Positions 32,513-41,809 of a stretch of DNA of 64,000 bases are shown here, one piece after another. The DNA is taken from the NCBI GenBank assembly GCA_900546445.1, contig URCV01000001.1, positions 11,445 to 75,444 on the forward strand. The letters run 5' to 3'. The translations under genes were made by a program, and so were the position numbers. Under the pieces are notes generated by a model. It had not been told where the DNA came from, searched no databases, and saw nothing but the letters and a program-made list of their open reading frames with translations. Every line of letters begins with the position of its first letter. Position 1 is the first letter of the stretch. The DNA comes from an uncultured Bacteroidales bacterium. Its GTDB lineage: Bacteria > Bacteroidota > Bacteroidia > Bacteroidales > UBA932.

Positions 32513-32982
32513 ATATTGTCGAATATGAACGGCAATATGGATTCCACATTAGGGAATTTCCATATCCGTTCGGCGCCCACCCATATCACGGTTATGGGGT
32601 GTCCGGCGTTACGCTGATACTGCGCCATAACCTGACGGCAAGCTCCGCACGGAGACACCGGGTTAGGGGCCAATTCGCCATTAAGTCCGCCGGCTATGGC
32701 TATGCTGCACATAGGGTCGTTAGGGAATTGGGACGAGGCGGCAAACATGGCACTTCGCTCGGCACACATACCGGAAGGGTATGCTGCATTTTCCTGATTG
32801 GCGCCTTTTACGATTTTTCCGCTATTAAGTCTAATCGCTGCGCCTACGTTAAAATGCGAATATGGAGCGAACGAACCCTCCATGGCGGCGATGGCTTCTC
32901 TGACGAGCTGCGCATCCTCGCTTCCGAGTTCTTCTATAGATTTGTACTCATTAAATGAGATTCTAATATCCTTTTCGGTCAT
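32509..32982 (-). CDS. cdd: Cytidine deaminase
   Basis: CAE(R) and PCGxCRQ zinc-binding motifs. 157 aa. Confidence 0.85.
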   Translation of the reverse strand: MTEKDIRISFNEYKSIEELGSEDAQLVREAIAAMEGSFAPYSHFNVGAAIRLNSGKIVKGANQENAAYPSGMCAERSAMFAASSQFPNDPMCSIAIAGGLNGELAPNPVSPCGACRQVMAQYQRNAGHPITVIWVGAERIWKFPNVESILPFIFDNI

Positions 32983-32997
32983 CGTTTAAAAATTAGT

Positions 32998-33066
32998 GGA
33001 CCTCAAAGATATGAATTTTTCTTCTTCGGTGCAAATATGCGTTAGTTGGAAAATTATTCGTATATT
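32998..33066. repeat. Left copy of a perfect 69-bp direct repeat flanking the IS, interpreted as a long target-site duplication
   Basis: 100% identical to 35218-35286. Confidence 0.75.
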
Positions 33067-33196
33067 CCCGTCTTTGACACTTAGATATTATTGAGTCTAT
33101 GATATTTCAAGTCCCCAGACCGCTGTAATGGCGATTTGGGGATTATGATTTTTTTCCGACTTTGTAGTAGATAAGACTTTGGGGAGCCTACGGGTT

Positions 33197-33301
33197 AGAG
33201 ACTTCGGACCGGTACGCACCTACCGGTGCTATCCCTCCCACGCCTTTGGCGTAGGCCCCTCCCGTTCACGATGCCACGGGCGGCTACGCCGTCCGAAGTC
33301 T
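33197..33301. other. Structured element, copy A. Inside the IS, 3' of the transposase stop. Closed by a 12-bp stem GAGACTTCGGAC/GTCCGAAGTCTC enclosing three hairpins.
   Basis: Shares conserved blocks (ATCCCTCCCAC, GGCCCCTCCCGTTCAC, ATGCCACGGGCGGC, GCCGTCCGAA) with 57154-57237. The helices differ between copies by compensatory changes. Confidence 0.4.
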
Positions 33302-33316
33302 CTTACCCATCCGGCT

Positions 33317-35122
33317 CTATCGTATATCATCCTCATCTTTCTCACGTTTCTTTGTCTGCGCGATGATACTTCTCATTTTTTGCTTGGTAACTATTTGTGT
33401 ATCTGTCCTGAACCCAGCACTACCGTGAAGGTTATTAGTGAGGTCTGTTCTTGTATAAGTCGGAACATATCCTTCTCCGGCGATACTGAGGAAGTTCATA
33501 GAACGCAATGTATCGACTATCTCTTCTGTCGTAAAGTGCTTGCCGCCACGGTTGACCTTCTTTTCCAAATACTTATATATCAAAAGTGATAGAAAGCAGG
33601 TGAGGAAATGTGCCTTAATACGGTCATCCCTTCTTACATATACCGGTCTTGCCTCAAAGTCGGTTTTCATAATGCGGAATCCGTTTTCAATAATCCATCG
33701 ACCGCTATTTAACTTGATGATAGCAGGAGCAGGATCTCTGAGATCCGTGCAAATAGCGTAAAAGCCGTCGAAACGGGCTTCTTGGTCTATCATCTCCTGA
33801 TTGAGGGAATAACTTTCAATTTGGGCGAGTTCTCCATCCACCGTGCAATGCTCGGCTTTGATAAAGCGCTTGGCATCATTCGGACTCTTCCGCTTTGATG
33901 TCGCACCCTTGCCCTTTGCGAGCAGGGCCAATGCGCGTGTCACTTGACGATTGCGGACTTGGGCAAGATAATCTCGATACTTAAAGGAGAAGGTTACGAT
34001 GATGCGTTGCTCTAACTTCTCTCCCGTTGCCATCGGTGTGGGGTCCCAGCGTTCTTTATAAAAAAGGGTTTCTTTATAGTTCGCAGAGTCTAACTCGCTG
34101 ATATCGTATTCCTCTTCAGATCCAGCTATGTGCCAACCATCGCTATCTAATGCCCATTCTTGCAGGTGTCCTTTCAACTTTTTCAAAGACTGCACTGTAA
34201 TGAACGACCTGTCTCCAATACTGTCGTTCTTGCGATTTTCGTATGATGACAGGCCACCATCAGTACACACCACCAGCTTTGACAGACCGAATTTATCCTT
34301 GAGTATCTGCTCCATAGGTTTAAGCGTGCTGGTTTCCGCTTTGTTCCCCGGTTCAATGCACATCGCCAGCGGAAAGCCGTCGTGGTCCATAAATAGCCCC
34401 ATCTGCACGATAGGCAGTGGACGACCCTCCTTGCAATGACCGAACTGCACCAGTCCACCTTCCTCCTCCCACTCGAAGAAGTAATTAGTCAGGTCATAGT
34501 ACACGACACCAGTATTGCGCTTACTTAATTTTTGACTGCGCTTATATACGTCGGCCTGAATCTCGTTGAACTCTTCGGCAAGAAGCGACAGCGCCCTGTA
34601 CACCTGTTCCAGAGTACACTCCGGTTGCTCGAAGAACTTTCCGGCATCCTCAAGTGATGAACGTTTCGACCCTGGATAAAGTATCCTGGTATATATCAGC
34701 ATCGACAATATGCTATTCAGGTCATACTTGAGCAGTTTGTGCTTCTTTGCTATCTTCTTGCAGATGTAATCCAATCCTAGCTCATAATATATCTTCTGCA
34801 GGAACAAATAACCGCCATTATAGTTACGTTGTTCTCCCTTCTGTATATAAATGCTAGGGTCATATTCCACGACGACCCTCTTCTTTTCCTCTTTCTCAAG
34901 AGATGTCATCTCTGCAACTCTGGCACGAGCCCACTCAATAGGGTCTTCGCCGCCCAACTTTTCGCGAAGCTCCTCGACAGTCCCGAACTTCTCGACCACC
35001 TTGGTGGTGCACTTGCCGTTTTCTTTTCTAAACGATTTGATCGCGTACAAATAAGTGTTATTGCCACTTTTCTTTAATTGGAGAGTCATATTTGTATCAA
35101 ATAATATTATAAAATCTAACAC
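33317..35122 (-). CDS. IS1634-family DDE transposase (alternative start at 35089)
   Basis: About 590-600 aa with an N-terminal region typical of IS1634-type transposases and a C-terminal DDE domain. Confidence 0.75.
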   Translation of the reverse strand: MLDFIILFDTNMTLQLKKSGNNTYLYAIKSFRKENGKCTTKVVEKFGTVEELREKLGGEDPIEWARARVAEMTSLEKEEKKRVVVEYDPSIYIQKGEQRNYNGGYLFLQKIYYELGLDYICKKIAKKHKLLKYDLNSILSMLIYTRILYPGSKRSSLEDAGKFFEQPECTLEQVYRALSLLAEEFNEIQADVYKRSQKLSKRNTGVVYYDLTNYFFEWEEEGGLVQFGHCKEGRPLPIVQMGLFMDHDGFPLAMCIEPGNKAETSTLKPMEQILKDKFGLSKLVVCTDGGLSSYENRKNDSIGDRSFITVQSLKKLKGHLQEWALDSDGWHIAGSEEEYDISELDSANYKETLFYKERWDPTPMATGEKLEQRIIVTFSFKYRDYLAQVRNRQVTRALALLAKGKGATSKRKSPNDAKRFIKAEHCTVDGELAQIESYSLNQEMIDQEARFDGFYAICTDLRDPAPAIIKLNSGRWIIENGFRIMKTDFEARPVYVRRDDRIKAHFLTCFLSLLIYKYLEKKVNRGGKHFTTEEIVDTLRSMNFLSIAGEGYVPTYTRTDLTNNLHGSAGFRTDTQIVTKQKMRSIIAQTKKREKDEDDIR

Positions 35123-35217
35123 TATCTAAATACAAATATAAAAAATAAATTTGACAAAAAAAAGGCCTCGTAGCCCTTTCTATCAAAAAAATCACAAAAT
35201 TATACTGTCAAACTCCC

Positions 35218-35286
35218 GGACCTCAAAGATATGAATTTTTCTTCTTCGGTGCAAATATGCGTTAGTTGGAAAATTATTCGTATATT
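35218..35286. repeat. Right copy of the 69-bp direct repeat (target-site duplication). It carries the hpt promoter -7 box.
   Basis: Identical to 32998-33066. Confidence 0.75.
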
Positions 35287-35288
35287 TG
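35281..35288 (+). promoter_or_regulatory. Bacteroidetes sigma-A -7 box (TAnnTTTG) for hpt/adk
   Basis: TATATTTG lies 20 nt upstream of the hpt ATG. The consensus is complete only in the right copy of the duplication. Confidence 0.4.
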
Positions 35289-35307
35289 TCTTTTGGTAAA
35301 ACGAACA

Positions 35308-35850
35308 ATGAAGAGCATTACTCTACACGACAAAACTTTCGTACCTTTCATCTCTAATCAAGAGATAGAGAGCGCTATCGACAAGGTAGCGGAAAAGCTT
35401 AATGAGAAGCACATTAACGATGAACAACCACCTATTCTGCTCTGCATTCTGAACGGTGCTTTGATGTTCACGTCCGAGCTTATGAAGAGGCTCGATTTCG
35501 TCACCGAATTGGTTACGGTCAAATTGGCATCCTACGAAGGGACCCAGTCGAGCGGAAAAATCCGCGAGGATATGGGGCTCACCGGCGATGTCAGGGGCAG
35601 AAATGTCATTATCTGCGAGGATATCGTGGACACCGGTAAGACCATCGTCTATCTCAAGAACCTTCTAAAGGAGAAGGGTGCCGCTAACGTCGAGGTATGT
35701 ACTATGCTGCTAAAGCCCGATATCTACAAACAGGACGTGGTCCTGGACTACGTGGCTATGGAGATTCCGCCGAGGTTCATAGTGGGTTTCGGACTGGATT
35801 ATGACCAGATAGGGCGAGGGACTAAAGACATTTATGTATTAGAAGAATAA
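35308..35850 (+). CDS. hpt: Hypoxanthine phosphoribosyltransferase
   Basis: PRPP-binding motif VIICEDIVDTGKT. About 180 aa. Confidence 0.85.
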   Translation: MKSITLHDKTFVPFISNQEIESAIDKVAEKLNEKHINDEQPPILLCILNGALMFTSELMKRLDFVTELVTVKLASYEGTQSSGKIREDMGLTGDVRGRNVIICEDIVDTGKTIVYLKNLLKEKGAANVEVCTMLLKPDIYKQDVVLDYVAMEIPPRFIVGFGLDYDQIGRGTKDIYVLEE

Positions 35851-35856
35851 TATAAC

Positions 35857-36435
35857 ATGAAGTACTACATTATGTTCGGCCCTCCAGGTGCGGGCAAAGG
35901 CACACACGCAGTAGCGATACGCGAGAAATACAATTTGTGCCACATCTCCACAGGAGAGCTTCTGAGAGCTGAAATAGCAGCCGGAACTGAGCTTGGCCTC
36001 CAAGCTAAAACCCTTATCGATAACGGAAATCTGGTTCCTGATGAAGTTGTGGAAAAGATGATCGCAGCGAAATTCGACAGCGTCAAGAACGTAGACGGAT
36101 TCCTTCTCGACGGATTCCCTCGCACGCTCCGTCAGGCAGAAGATTTGGATAAGATATTGGCAGCCAGGAATTGCGCAGTAGATGCAGTCATCTCGCTTAT
36201 GATTTCCGACGAGGTCGTAAAACAGAGAATCGCCCACAGAGCAGCCATCGAAGGCCGTGCGGACGACGCTTCAGAGGAGACCATTAACAATCGCATCAAG
36301 ACCTATCACTCTCAGACCGAACCCCTCATAGAGTATTACACGAAACAGGGAAAGTATCACGAAGTAAAGGCTGATGCCGCTACTATCGAAGAAAATAGAG
36401 AAAGAGTACTAAGCCTCTTGAAAGACCTACAATAA
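35857..36435 (+). CDS. adk: Adenylate kinase
   Basis: P-loop GPPGAGKGT and AMP-binding/LID motifs. Confidence 0.9.
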   Translation: MKYYIMFGPPGAGKGTHAVAIREKYNLCHISTGELLRAEIAAGTELGLQAKTLIDNGNLVPDEVVEKMIAAKFDSVKNVDGFLLDGFPRTLRQAEDLDKILAARNCAVDAVISLMISDEVVKQRIAHRAAIEGRADDASEETINNRIKTYHSQTEPLIEYYTKQGKYHEVKADAATIEENRERVLSLLKDLQ

Positions 36436-36452
36436 AGCCTTATCTATTAGTT

Positions 36453-36492
36453 CGTAACAAAACCCCGCGACGAAATGCCGCGGGGTTTGTCT
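36453..36492. terminator. Bidirectional rho-independent terminator between the convergent adk and potD
   Basis: AAAACCCCGCG-acgaaatg-CCGCGGGGTTT followed by a T-run. Confidence 0.7.
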
Positions 36493-36496
36493 TTTA

Positions 36497-37807
36497 TTAT
36501 TTAGCATTACGACGGTTACGTCTGCGTCTCTTCTTCGCATTCGAGGAAGTGACGAAATAGACTGCGAAGGCAGCTATCACCACAGCGATAATAACATAGG
36601 TGAACATATTGGCCTTACTGCCCTTCACGTTCTGCCACATCTTAAGCAGTTTTTCGGTATCGTCGCCCCAGTCGTGTTCCAGCGCACATCGCTCGATGAC
36701 TGACAAATCAGGATAGAGGATAGGGTTGACTCTTACGGCAGAAGCGTCAGGACCGAAGAAATATGAAAGGTCGATAGGCTCGAAACTTTCGTCTATCTGC
36801 GATTCGAGGACCTCGCGAGAGCCGTTTGAAGCCACATATCCGGTTTCTTCCATATTACGGATGGCGATGTCCGGGCGACACATAAAATTAATGAAATAGG
36901 TCGCAGCCTTTATGTTCTTAGCATATTTAGGGATTACCCAGCCGTCGAACCACACTGTAGAGCCCTCTTCAGGTACCACATAGTCGAGCTCCACATTTAC
37001 GGCAGCAGCCTCTTCTATAGCCCAAACGGCGTCGCCGCTCCAGTTAAGGGATACATAGGCGAGGTTCTTAGTCATCTGCTCCTTTCCGAGGTCGGCCTCC
37101 CAGCCATATACTCCCGGCTTGCACTGCATAAGGTAGTCCTGAACCATCTGAAGCGACTCGTCGGAAGAATCGCGCATGAGGTCCTGAAGTGTCACCTTTC
37201 CGCTCTTCAACTCATTTTGCTTAAGATAGATAAGCACCGGAGCATAGACGTCGCGAGGAGCGTCCTTAATGAGAATCTTTCCGGCAAATTTAGGATTGCG
37301 AATCACATCCCAAGTCGAAGCCTCCTCACGAGTCACGAATTTAGGATTATAGATGATGCCGGTCGTTCCCCACATATAAGCCACTGAATACTGATTGGCA
37401 TCGATAGATGGGTTAATGGAGCGGAACATCTGCTCGATAAATGGCGAACGATTAGCCTCGATATAGTTAGGGGTCGAACCTAAAGACTTGAAGTCCAGCG
37501 GCAAGAGCAATCCCTTATCAAGCATTCTCTCTATGATATAATCGGAAGGACACACCACGTCATAATCTTCGTGACCTTTTTCGATTTTCGAAAGCATAGC
37601 CTCGTTTACATCGAAAGTCATATAAATCACATCGATGCTCTCTCCCGTCTGCTCCTTATACCACGATTTGAAATCGTCCAGGACACCTTCGGCGATGTAA
37701 TCGGACCAGTTGTAAACCTTGAGGACATTGCTCCTATCCTCAGCAAAAACGCTAACGGCGCTCAAAGCTAAAATGCCGGTAGCCAAAAACTTAACTACTC
37801 CTTTCAT
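36497..37807 (-). CDS. potD: Spermidine/putrescine ABC transporter substrate-binding protein, with an unusual C-terminal TM helix and polybasic tail
   Basis: Signal peptide. PotD-like (VYNWSDYI...). C-terminus ...MFTYVIIAVVIAAFAVYFVTSSNAKKRRRRNRRNAK. Confidence 0.8.
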   Translation of the reverse strand: MKGVVKFLATGILALSAVSVFAEDRSNVLKVYNWSDYIAEGVLDDFKSWYKEQTGESIDVIYMTFDVNEAMLSKIEKGHEDYDVVCPSDYIIERMLDKGLLLPLDFKSLGSTPNYIEANRSPFIEQMFRSINPSIDANQYSVAYMWGTTGIIYNPKFVTREEASTWDVIRNPKFAGKILIKDAPRDVYAPVLIYLKQNELKSGKVTLQDLMRDSSDESLQMVQDYLMQCKPGVYGWEADLGKEQMTKNLAYVSLNWSGDAVWAIEEAAAVNVELDYVVPEEGSTVWFDGWVIPKYAKNIKAATYFINFMCRPDIAIRNMEETGYVASNGSREVLESQIDESFEPIDLSYFFGPDASAVRVNPILYPDLSVIERCALEHDWGDDTEKLLKMWQNVKGSKANMFTYVIIAVVIAAFAVYFVTSSNAKKRRRRNRRNAK

Positions 37808-38601
37808 TTTTGTTTTTTAATTATTCTAAAATTTACGAAAAACAGAACCAGAAGCACAATGAGGAAGATAATCGTCATCATAGGCTTCAGCTCCGGTGTA
37901 AGTCCCCCCTTACGGGCATCGGCGTAGATATAGGTAGAAAGTGTCTCCAGTCCGGAAGAGCCTGCCGTGAAATAAGTTACGGCGAAATCGTCCAGACTCA
38001 TCGTGAAGGCCAATATAAATCCGCTCACCATCCCGGGGCGCAGCTGCGGAATCAACACCTTACTCAAAGCCTGCGAAGGAGTGGCTCCCAAATCCAGGGC
38101 CGCCTCGTAGATGTTAGGATTGAGCTGGGTAAGTCGCGGCAGGACATTAAGCACCACATAAGGAGTGCAGAACGTTATATGGGCCAATACCACAGTGACA
38201 TAGCCCTTGCTCACGTGCAGGAACACGAACAGCAGGAACAACGACACACCGGTAATGATGTCCGGATTCAGCATCGGCACATTGTTCAAGAACTGTATGG
38301 TGCGCTTGGCACGTCCGCGCATATTGTAGATTCCTATTGCGGCCAATGTTCCCAGCACCGTCGACACTGTAGAGGCCATCAGCGCAATCAGAATCGTGTT
38401 TTTCAATGCACTGAGGAGCGCGACCGAGCTCGAATTGGCCCCGGTAAACAGATTCTCATAAAGCTGGAAGGTGAATCCGGTCCAGTTGCCAAGCGATTTG
38501 GCAGTGGTGAACGAAAAGATCGCGATGAAAATTATAGGCAAGTAGAGCATTAGCAGAACAAGCCCCAAATAGCTTTTAGCCAATACTTTTTTAATTGTCA
38601 T
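37804..38601 (-). CDS. potC: Spermidine/putrescine ABC transporter permease
   Basis: Six TM helices, an EAA-like loop, and an overlapping operon arrangement. Confidence 0.8.
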   Translation of the reverse strand: MTIKKVLAKSYLGLVLLMLYLPIIFIAIFSFTTAKSLGNWTGFTFQLYENLFTGANSSSVALLSALKNTILIALMASTVSTVLGTLAAIGIYNMRGRAKRTIQFLNNVPMLNPDIITGVSLFLLFVFLHVSKGYVTVVLAHITFCTPYVVLNVLPRLTQLNPNIYEAALDLGATPSQALSKVLIPQLRPGMVSGFILAFTMSLDDFAVTYFTAGSSGLETLSTYIYADARKGGLTPELKPMMTIIFLIVLLVLFFVNFRIIKKQK

Positions 38602-39343
38602 CTTTATTCTTTTGTAGTAAGGTCGAAAGACCGATAATAATCAACATGGCCAGCGAAAGCGCAGCACCCTGATTCCACATCAAGTTGTTAAACTGCTCCT
38701 GAATGATGGAACCAAAAAGCTGTATAGTATTGTTAGTCAATATCTCCGATATGGCGAAAGTGGATACCGTAGGCATAAACACCATCATAACTCCACTCAT
38801 CACGCCCGGCATCGAAAGTGGCAGCGTGACCTTCAGGAAGACCTTCGCCGGACTCGCGCCCAGGTCCTGCGCCGCTTCAATGTAGCTCCTATCCATCTTA
38901 CTAAGAATAGTATAGATAGGGTAAATCATAAACGGCAGATAATCGTAGGTCAATCCGAACAGAAGCGTTCCCTTTCCCAGGCCAATCCCGATAGAATTGA
39001 AGATCTCTGCGGTCGCGAGGGTTCGCATAAGTGCGTTAATCCACATCGGCAGGATGAAAAGAACGGCAGTGAGAGACGAACGGTTCAGTTTCCTATCGGC
39101 CAATATGTACGCCGCAGGATAGCCTATCAGGATGCAAATCAGCGTGTTCTCCAACGCCACCTCCAGCGATACGAGGAAAGAATTGACTATCTTCGGCTCG
39201 GTGAAAAAGGCGGTAATGTTAGATAGCGTGAATGAGCCATGGTTATCCGTAAATGCGTATACTGCAATAAGCAGCAAGGGCAGGACCACGAACAGCACCA
39301 AAAAGACGAAGTACGGGACAGCCCAAGTCGATTTCTTAGTCAT
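38591..39343 (-). CDS. potB: Spermidine/putrescine ABC transporter permease
   Basis: Six TM helices, an EAAxDLGA loop (EAAQDLGAS), and an overlapping operon arrangement. Confidence 0.8.
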   Translation of the reverse strand: MTKKSTWAVPYFVFLVLFVVLPLLLIAVYAFTDNHGSFTLSNITAFFTEPKIVNSFLVSLEVALENTLICILIGYPAAYILADRKLNRSSLTAVLFILPMWINALMRTLATAEIFNSIGIGLGKGTLLFGLTYDYLPFMIYPIYTILSKMDRSYIEAAQDLGASPAKVFLKVTLPLSMPGVMSGVMMVFMPTVSTFAISEILTNNTIQLFGSIIQEQFNNLMWNQGAALSLAMLIIIGLSTLLQKNKDDN

Positions 39344-40721
39344 CTGCCTTACTTATTATTATGTCCTGAGGTAAGATATTGATACCCACAAGGTCATTTT
39401 TATCCCACACGTCCTGAGTGTTGACGAAGAGCCTATACATTTCGGTGGTCTTCACCTCGATATGATAGTGGTCACCCTTATAGAGGATGTTCCTGATGTG
39501 AGCGGAAGCAATCGCATCTTCGTCGCTGTCCATCAAGTCCACCTTGTCGAAATCTACGCGAACCTTCACCTTGTCGCCCTTCGCGAACTGGGTCTCCATA
39601 CACTCGAACTCCCTATCCATAAAGTAAACAGTGGAAGGAGAGGTCATCTCGCCGTCGAACTCGTTATAGAGAGAGGTCTTGTGCATTACCTGAATGTCGC
39701 AAGGCTTGATGATAAGTCCTACCGTGCTTCCCACTTCGAAAGCGTTATAGTCCTGAATCATAAGCTCGTAACCGGCATCGCTGTCGACATACATCTCGTA
39801 ATGAACACCCTTGAAGATGCAAGACTTCACGACAGCTGTTATCTGCGCAGCCTCGGTGTTATTCATAATATAGATATCCTCCGGCCTAACTACCACATCC
39901 ACAGGCTCGTTAGGCTCGAACCCCTCGTCCACGCATTCGAACTCGTGACCTGCGAAGCATACGCGGCGGTCGCAAGGCATAACTCCGTCGAGAATGTTTG
40001 ACTCACCTATAAAGTCGGCTACGAAAGCATTCTTAGGCTCGTTATAAATGTCGGTAGGAGTTCCTATCTGCTGAATCTGTCCGTCGTTAAATACTACGAT
40101 GGTATCCGAAAGGGTGAGGGCTTCTTCCTGGTCGTGAGTCACATAGATGAAGGTGATGCCCAGTTGCTTGTGCATCTCCTTAAGCTCTATCTGCATATCC
40201 TTACGCATCTTCAGGTCGAGCGCGCTCAGAGGTTCGTCGAGAAGCAGCACCTTAGGCCTGTTCACTATGGCACGTGCTATGGCGATACGCTGCTGCTGGC
40301 CACCTGACAGAGAGTCCACGTCGCGGTCTTCGTAGTCGGTCATAGACACGAGCTTAAGCACCTTCTCCACACGGCTATCTATCTCCTCCACAGGAAGTTT
40401 CTGGAGCTTGAGGCCAAATGCCACGTTATCGTAGACATCCAAGTGAGGGAAAAGCGCATAGCGCTGGAACACCGTATTAAGCGGACGCTTGTGCGGAGGA
40501 AGTTCGGAAATATCCTTTCCTTCGAGGGTAATCACACCTTCCGAAGGGGTAAGGAAGCCTGCTATAAGTCTTAGGAGCGTAGTTTTTCCACAACCCGAAG
40601 GTCCGAGGAATGTAATGAATTCTCCTTTTTTTATGTATAAGTTGATATCCTGGAGCACTTTTTTATCCCCAAAGGAATGGGATATGTGCTCCAAATTTAT
40701 GATTATATCTTTTTGCTCCAT
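39336..40721 (-). CDS. potA: Spermidine/putrescine ABC transporter ATP-binding protein with an extended C-terminal regulatory (TOBE-like) region
   Basis: Walker [13 protein letters not shown] signature LSGGQQQR, and Walker B LLLDEP. 461 aa. Confidence 0.85.
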   Translation of the reverse strand: MEQKDIIINLEHISHSFGDKKVLQDINLYIKKGEFITFLGPSGCGKTTLLRLIAGFLTPSEGVITLEGKDISELPPHKRPLNTVFQRYALFPHLDVYDNVAFGLKLQKLPVEEIDSRVEKVLKLVSMTDYEDRDVDSLSGGQQQRIAIARAIVNRPKVLLLDEPLSALDLKMRKDMQIELKEMHKQLGITFIYVTHDQEEALTLSDTIVVFNDGQIQQIGTPTDIYNEPKNAFVADFIGESNILDGVMPCDRRVCFAGHEFECVDEGFEPNEPVDVVVRPEDIYIMNNTEAAQITAVVKSCIFKGVHYEMYVDSDAGYELMIQDYNAFEVGSTVGLIIKPCDIQVMHKTSLYNEFDGEMTSPSTVYFMDREFECMETQFAKGDKVKVRVDFDKVDLMDSDEDAIASAHIRNILYKGDHYHIEVKTTEMYRLFVNTQDVWDKNDLVGINILPQDIIISKADD

Positions 40722-41677
40722 CCTGTAGTAAAGGTATAGGTAAGTCCAACACTGAAACTAGGAAAGCCATCTTTTTCTCCGGCCAATTCCGAATAGTTAT
40801 ATGCTCCCAGCAAATGCAGTCTCAGATTCTCCATAGGATAATAGTGAAGGGCCATTCCCCCGCGGATACAGAAAGCATTTTCGTCCACACCTTCCTGGCC
40901 CAGGTTCACAAGCAGTTCGAAACCATCGAAACCGCAGTAGTTGAAATTGATGTTCGTGGTGTTTCCTGAGACGAATTCATCGCCATAGAGCCTGTTTGAG
41001 CCATCGACAGTAATACTGAAAGTATCCAAAGCATATTGGCCTCCCCAGGAAAGCACGCCTACAGGCTTGGCATCAGGCCGGTTGTAAAGGTTGTAGGCCA
41101 ATATAGCCCCCAAACCATCGGCCTCACCCTTTGCCCTGAATCCGAGATTATACATTCCGCTCGTAAATGGATGTTCCCCATAAGGAGAGGTCAACAGGGC
41201 AGTTTCCAGGGTCAGTTGTTCCAAAGGCTGCCAGCCCAGTGAGAATCCCCACTGATATGCAGGCAAATTGTTCCAGGTATTGGATGCAAAAGGATAATGA
41301 ACGTCAAAATCGTATTCATCCATTTCATAGGTTCCCCAAAGGACGACCATCTTTCCCATATTCACAAAGAAATCGCCTGAGCTGTACGTGAGGTAAGCCC
41401 AATCCAGCCAATTCACATCGTCAGAGCGGAAAGTGTTCGTGTACAGAGACACTGGATCGCTGCTAAGCCAGTGATTGGCAATGCTGTAAGAAAAATGTTC
41501 GGAAATAGACCCGTCCAACAGGGTGTAGAGAGAAGAATTGCCAAGCGGATCCCCATAGAGATATTCACCCCTGGCGACAACGGAGAGCTCGGCCACCTGA
41601 CCGAGATCGTCAGCCTCTTGCGAGTGCGCAAGGAAGCAGAGCAGCAGAGTAGCTGCGGTAACGAGTGTTTTTTTCAT
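40703..41677 (-). CDS. Putative outer-membrane beta-barrel (porin-like) protein at the head of the pot operon
   Basis: Signal peptide [20 protein letters not shown]. Alternating amphipathic beta-strands rich in Y/W/G. Overlaps the potA start. Confidence 0.45.
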   Translation of the reverse strand: MKKTLVTAATLLLCFLAHSQEADDLGQVAELSVVARGEYLYGDPLGNSSLYTLLDGSISEHFSYSIANHWLSSDPVSLYTNTFRSDDVNWLDWAYLTYSSGDFFVNMGKMVVLWGTYEMDEYDFDVHYPFASNTWNNLPAYQWGFSLGWQPLEQLTLETALLTSPYGEHPFTSGMYNLGFRAKGEADGLGAILAYNLYNRPDAKPVGVLSWGGQYALDTFSITVDGSNRLYGDEFVSGNTTNINFNYCGFDGFELLVNLGQEGVDENAFCIRGGMALHYYPMENLRLHLLGAYNYSELAGEKDGFPSFSVGLTYTFTTGWSKKI

Positions 41678-41809
41678 TTCCCAGTACCATAAAAATAAAT
41701 TTGGTCCAACTTCTTTTTGCGGTTGCAAAGGTAACATTTTTTTGAATAAAAAAAAGAGGAGGGCCACATTTTTGATGTGACCCTTCCTTAATATTTTATC
41801 TACTGACTT

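Larger units (their letters stand above)
33067..35217 (-). mobile_element. IS1634-family (IS4 superfamily) insertion sequence, ~2.15 kb
   Basis: A single 601-aa DDE transposase ORF. Imperfect terminal inverted repeats around a TTTGACA core. Flanked by the 69-bp direct repeat. Confidence 0.7.
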
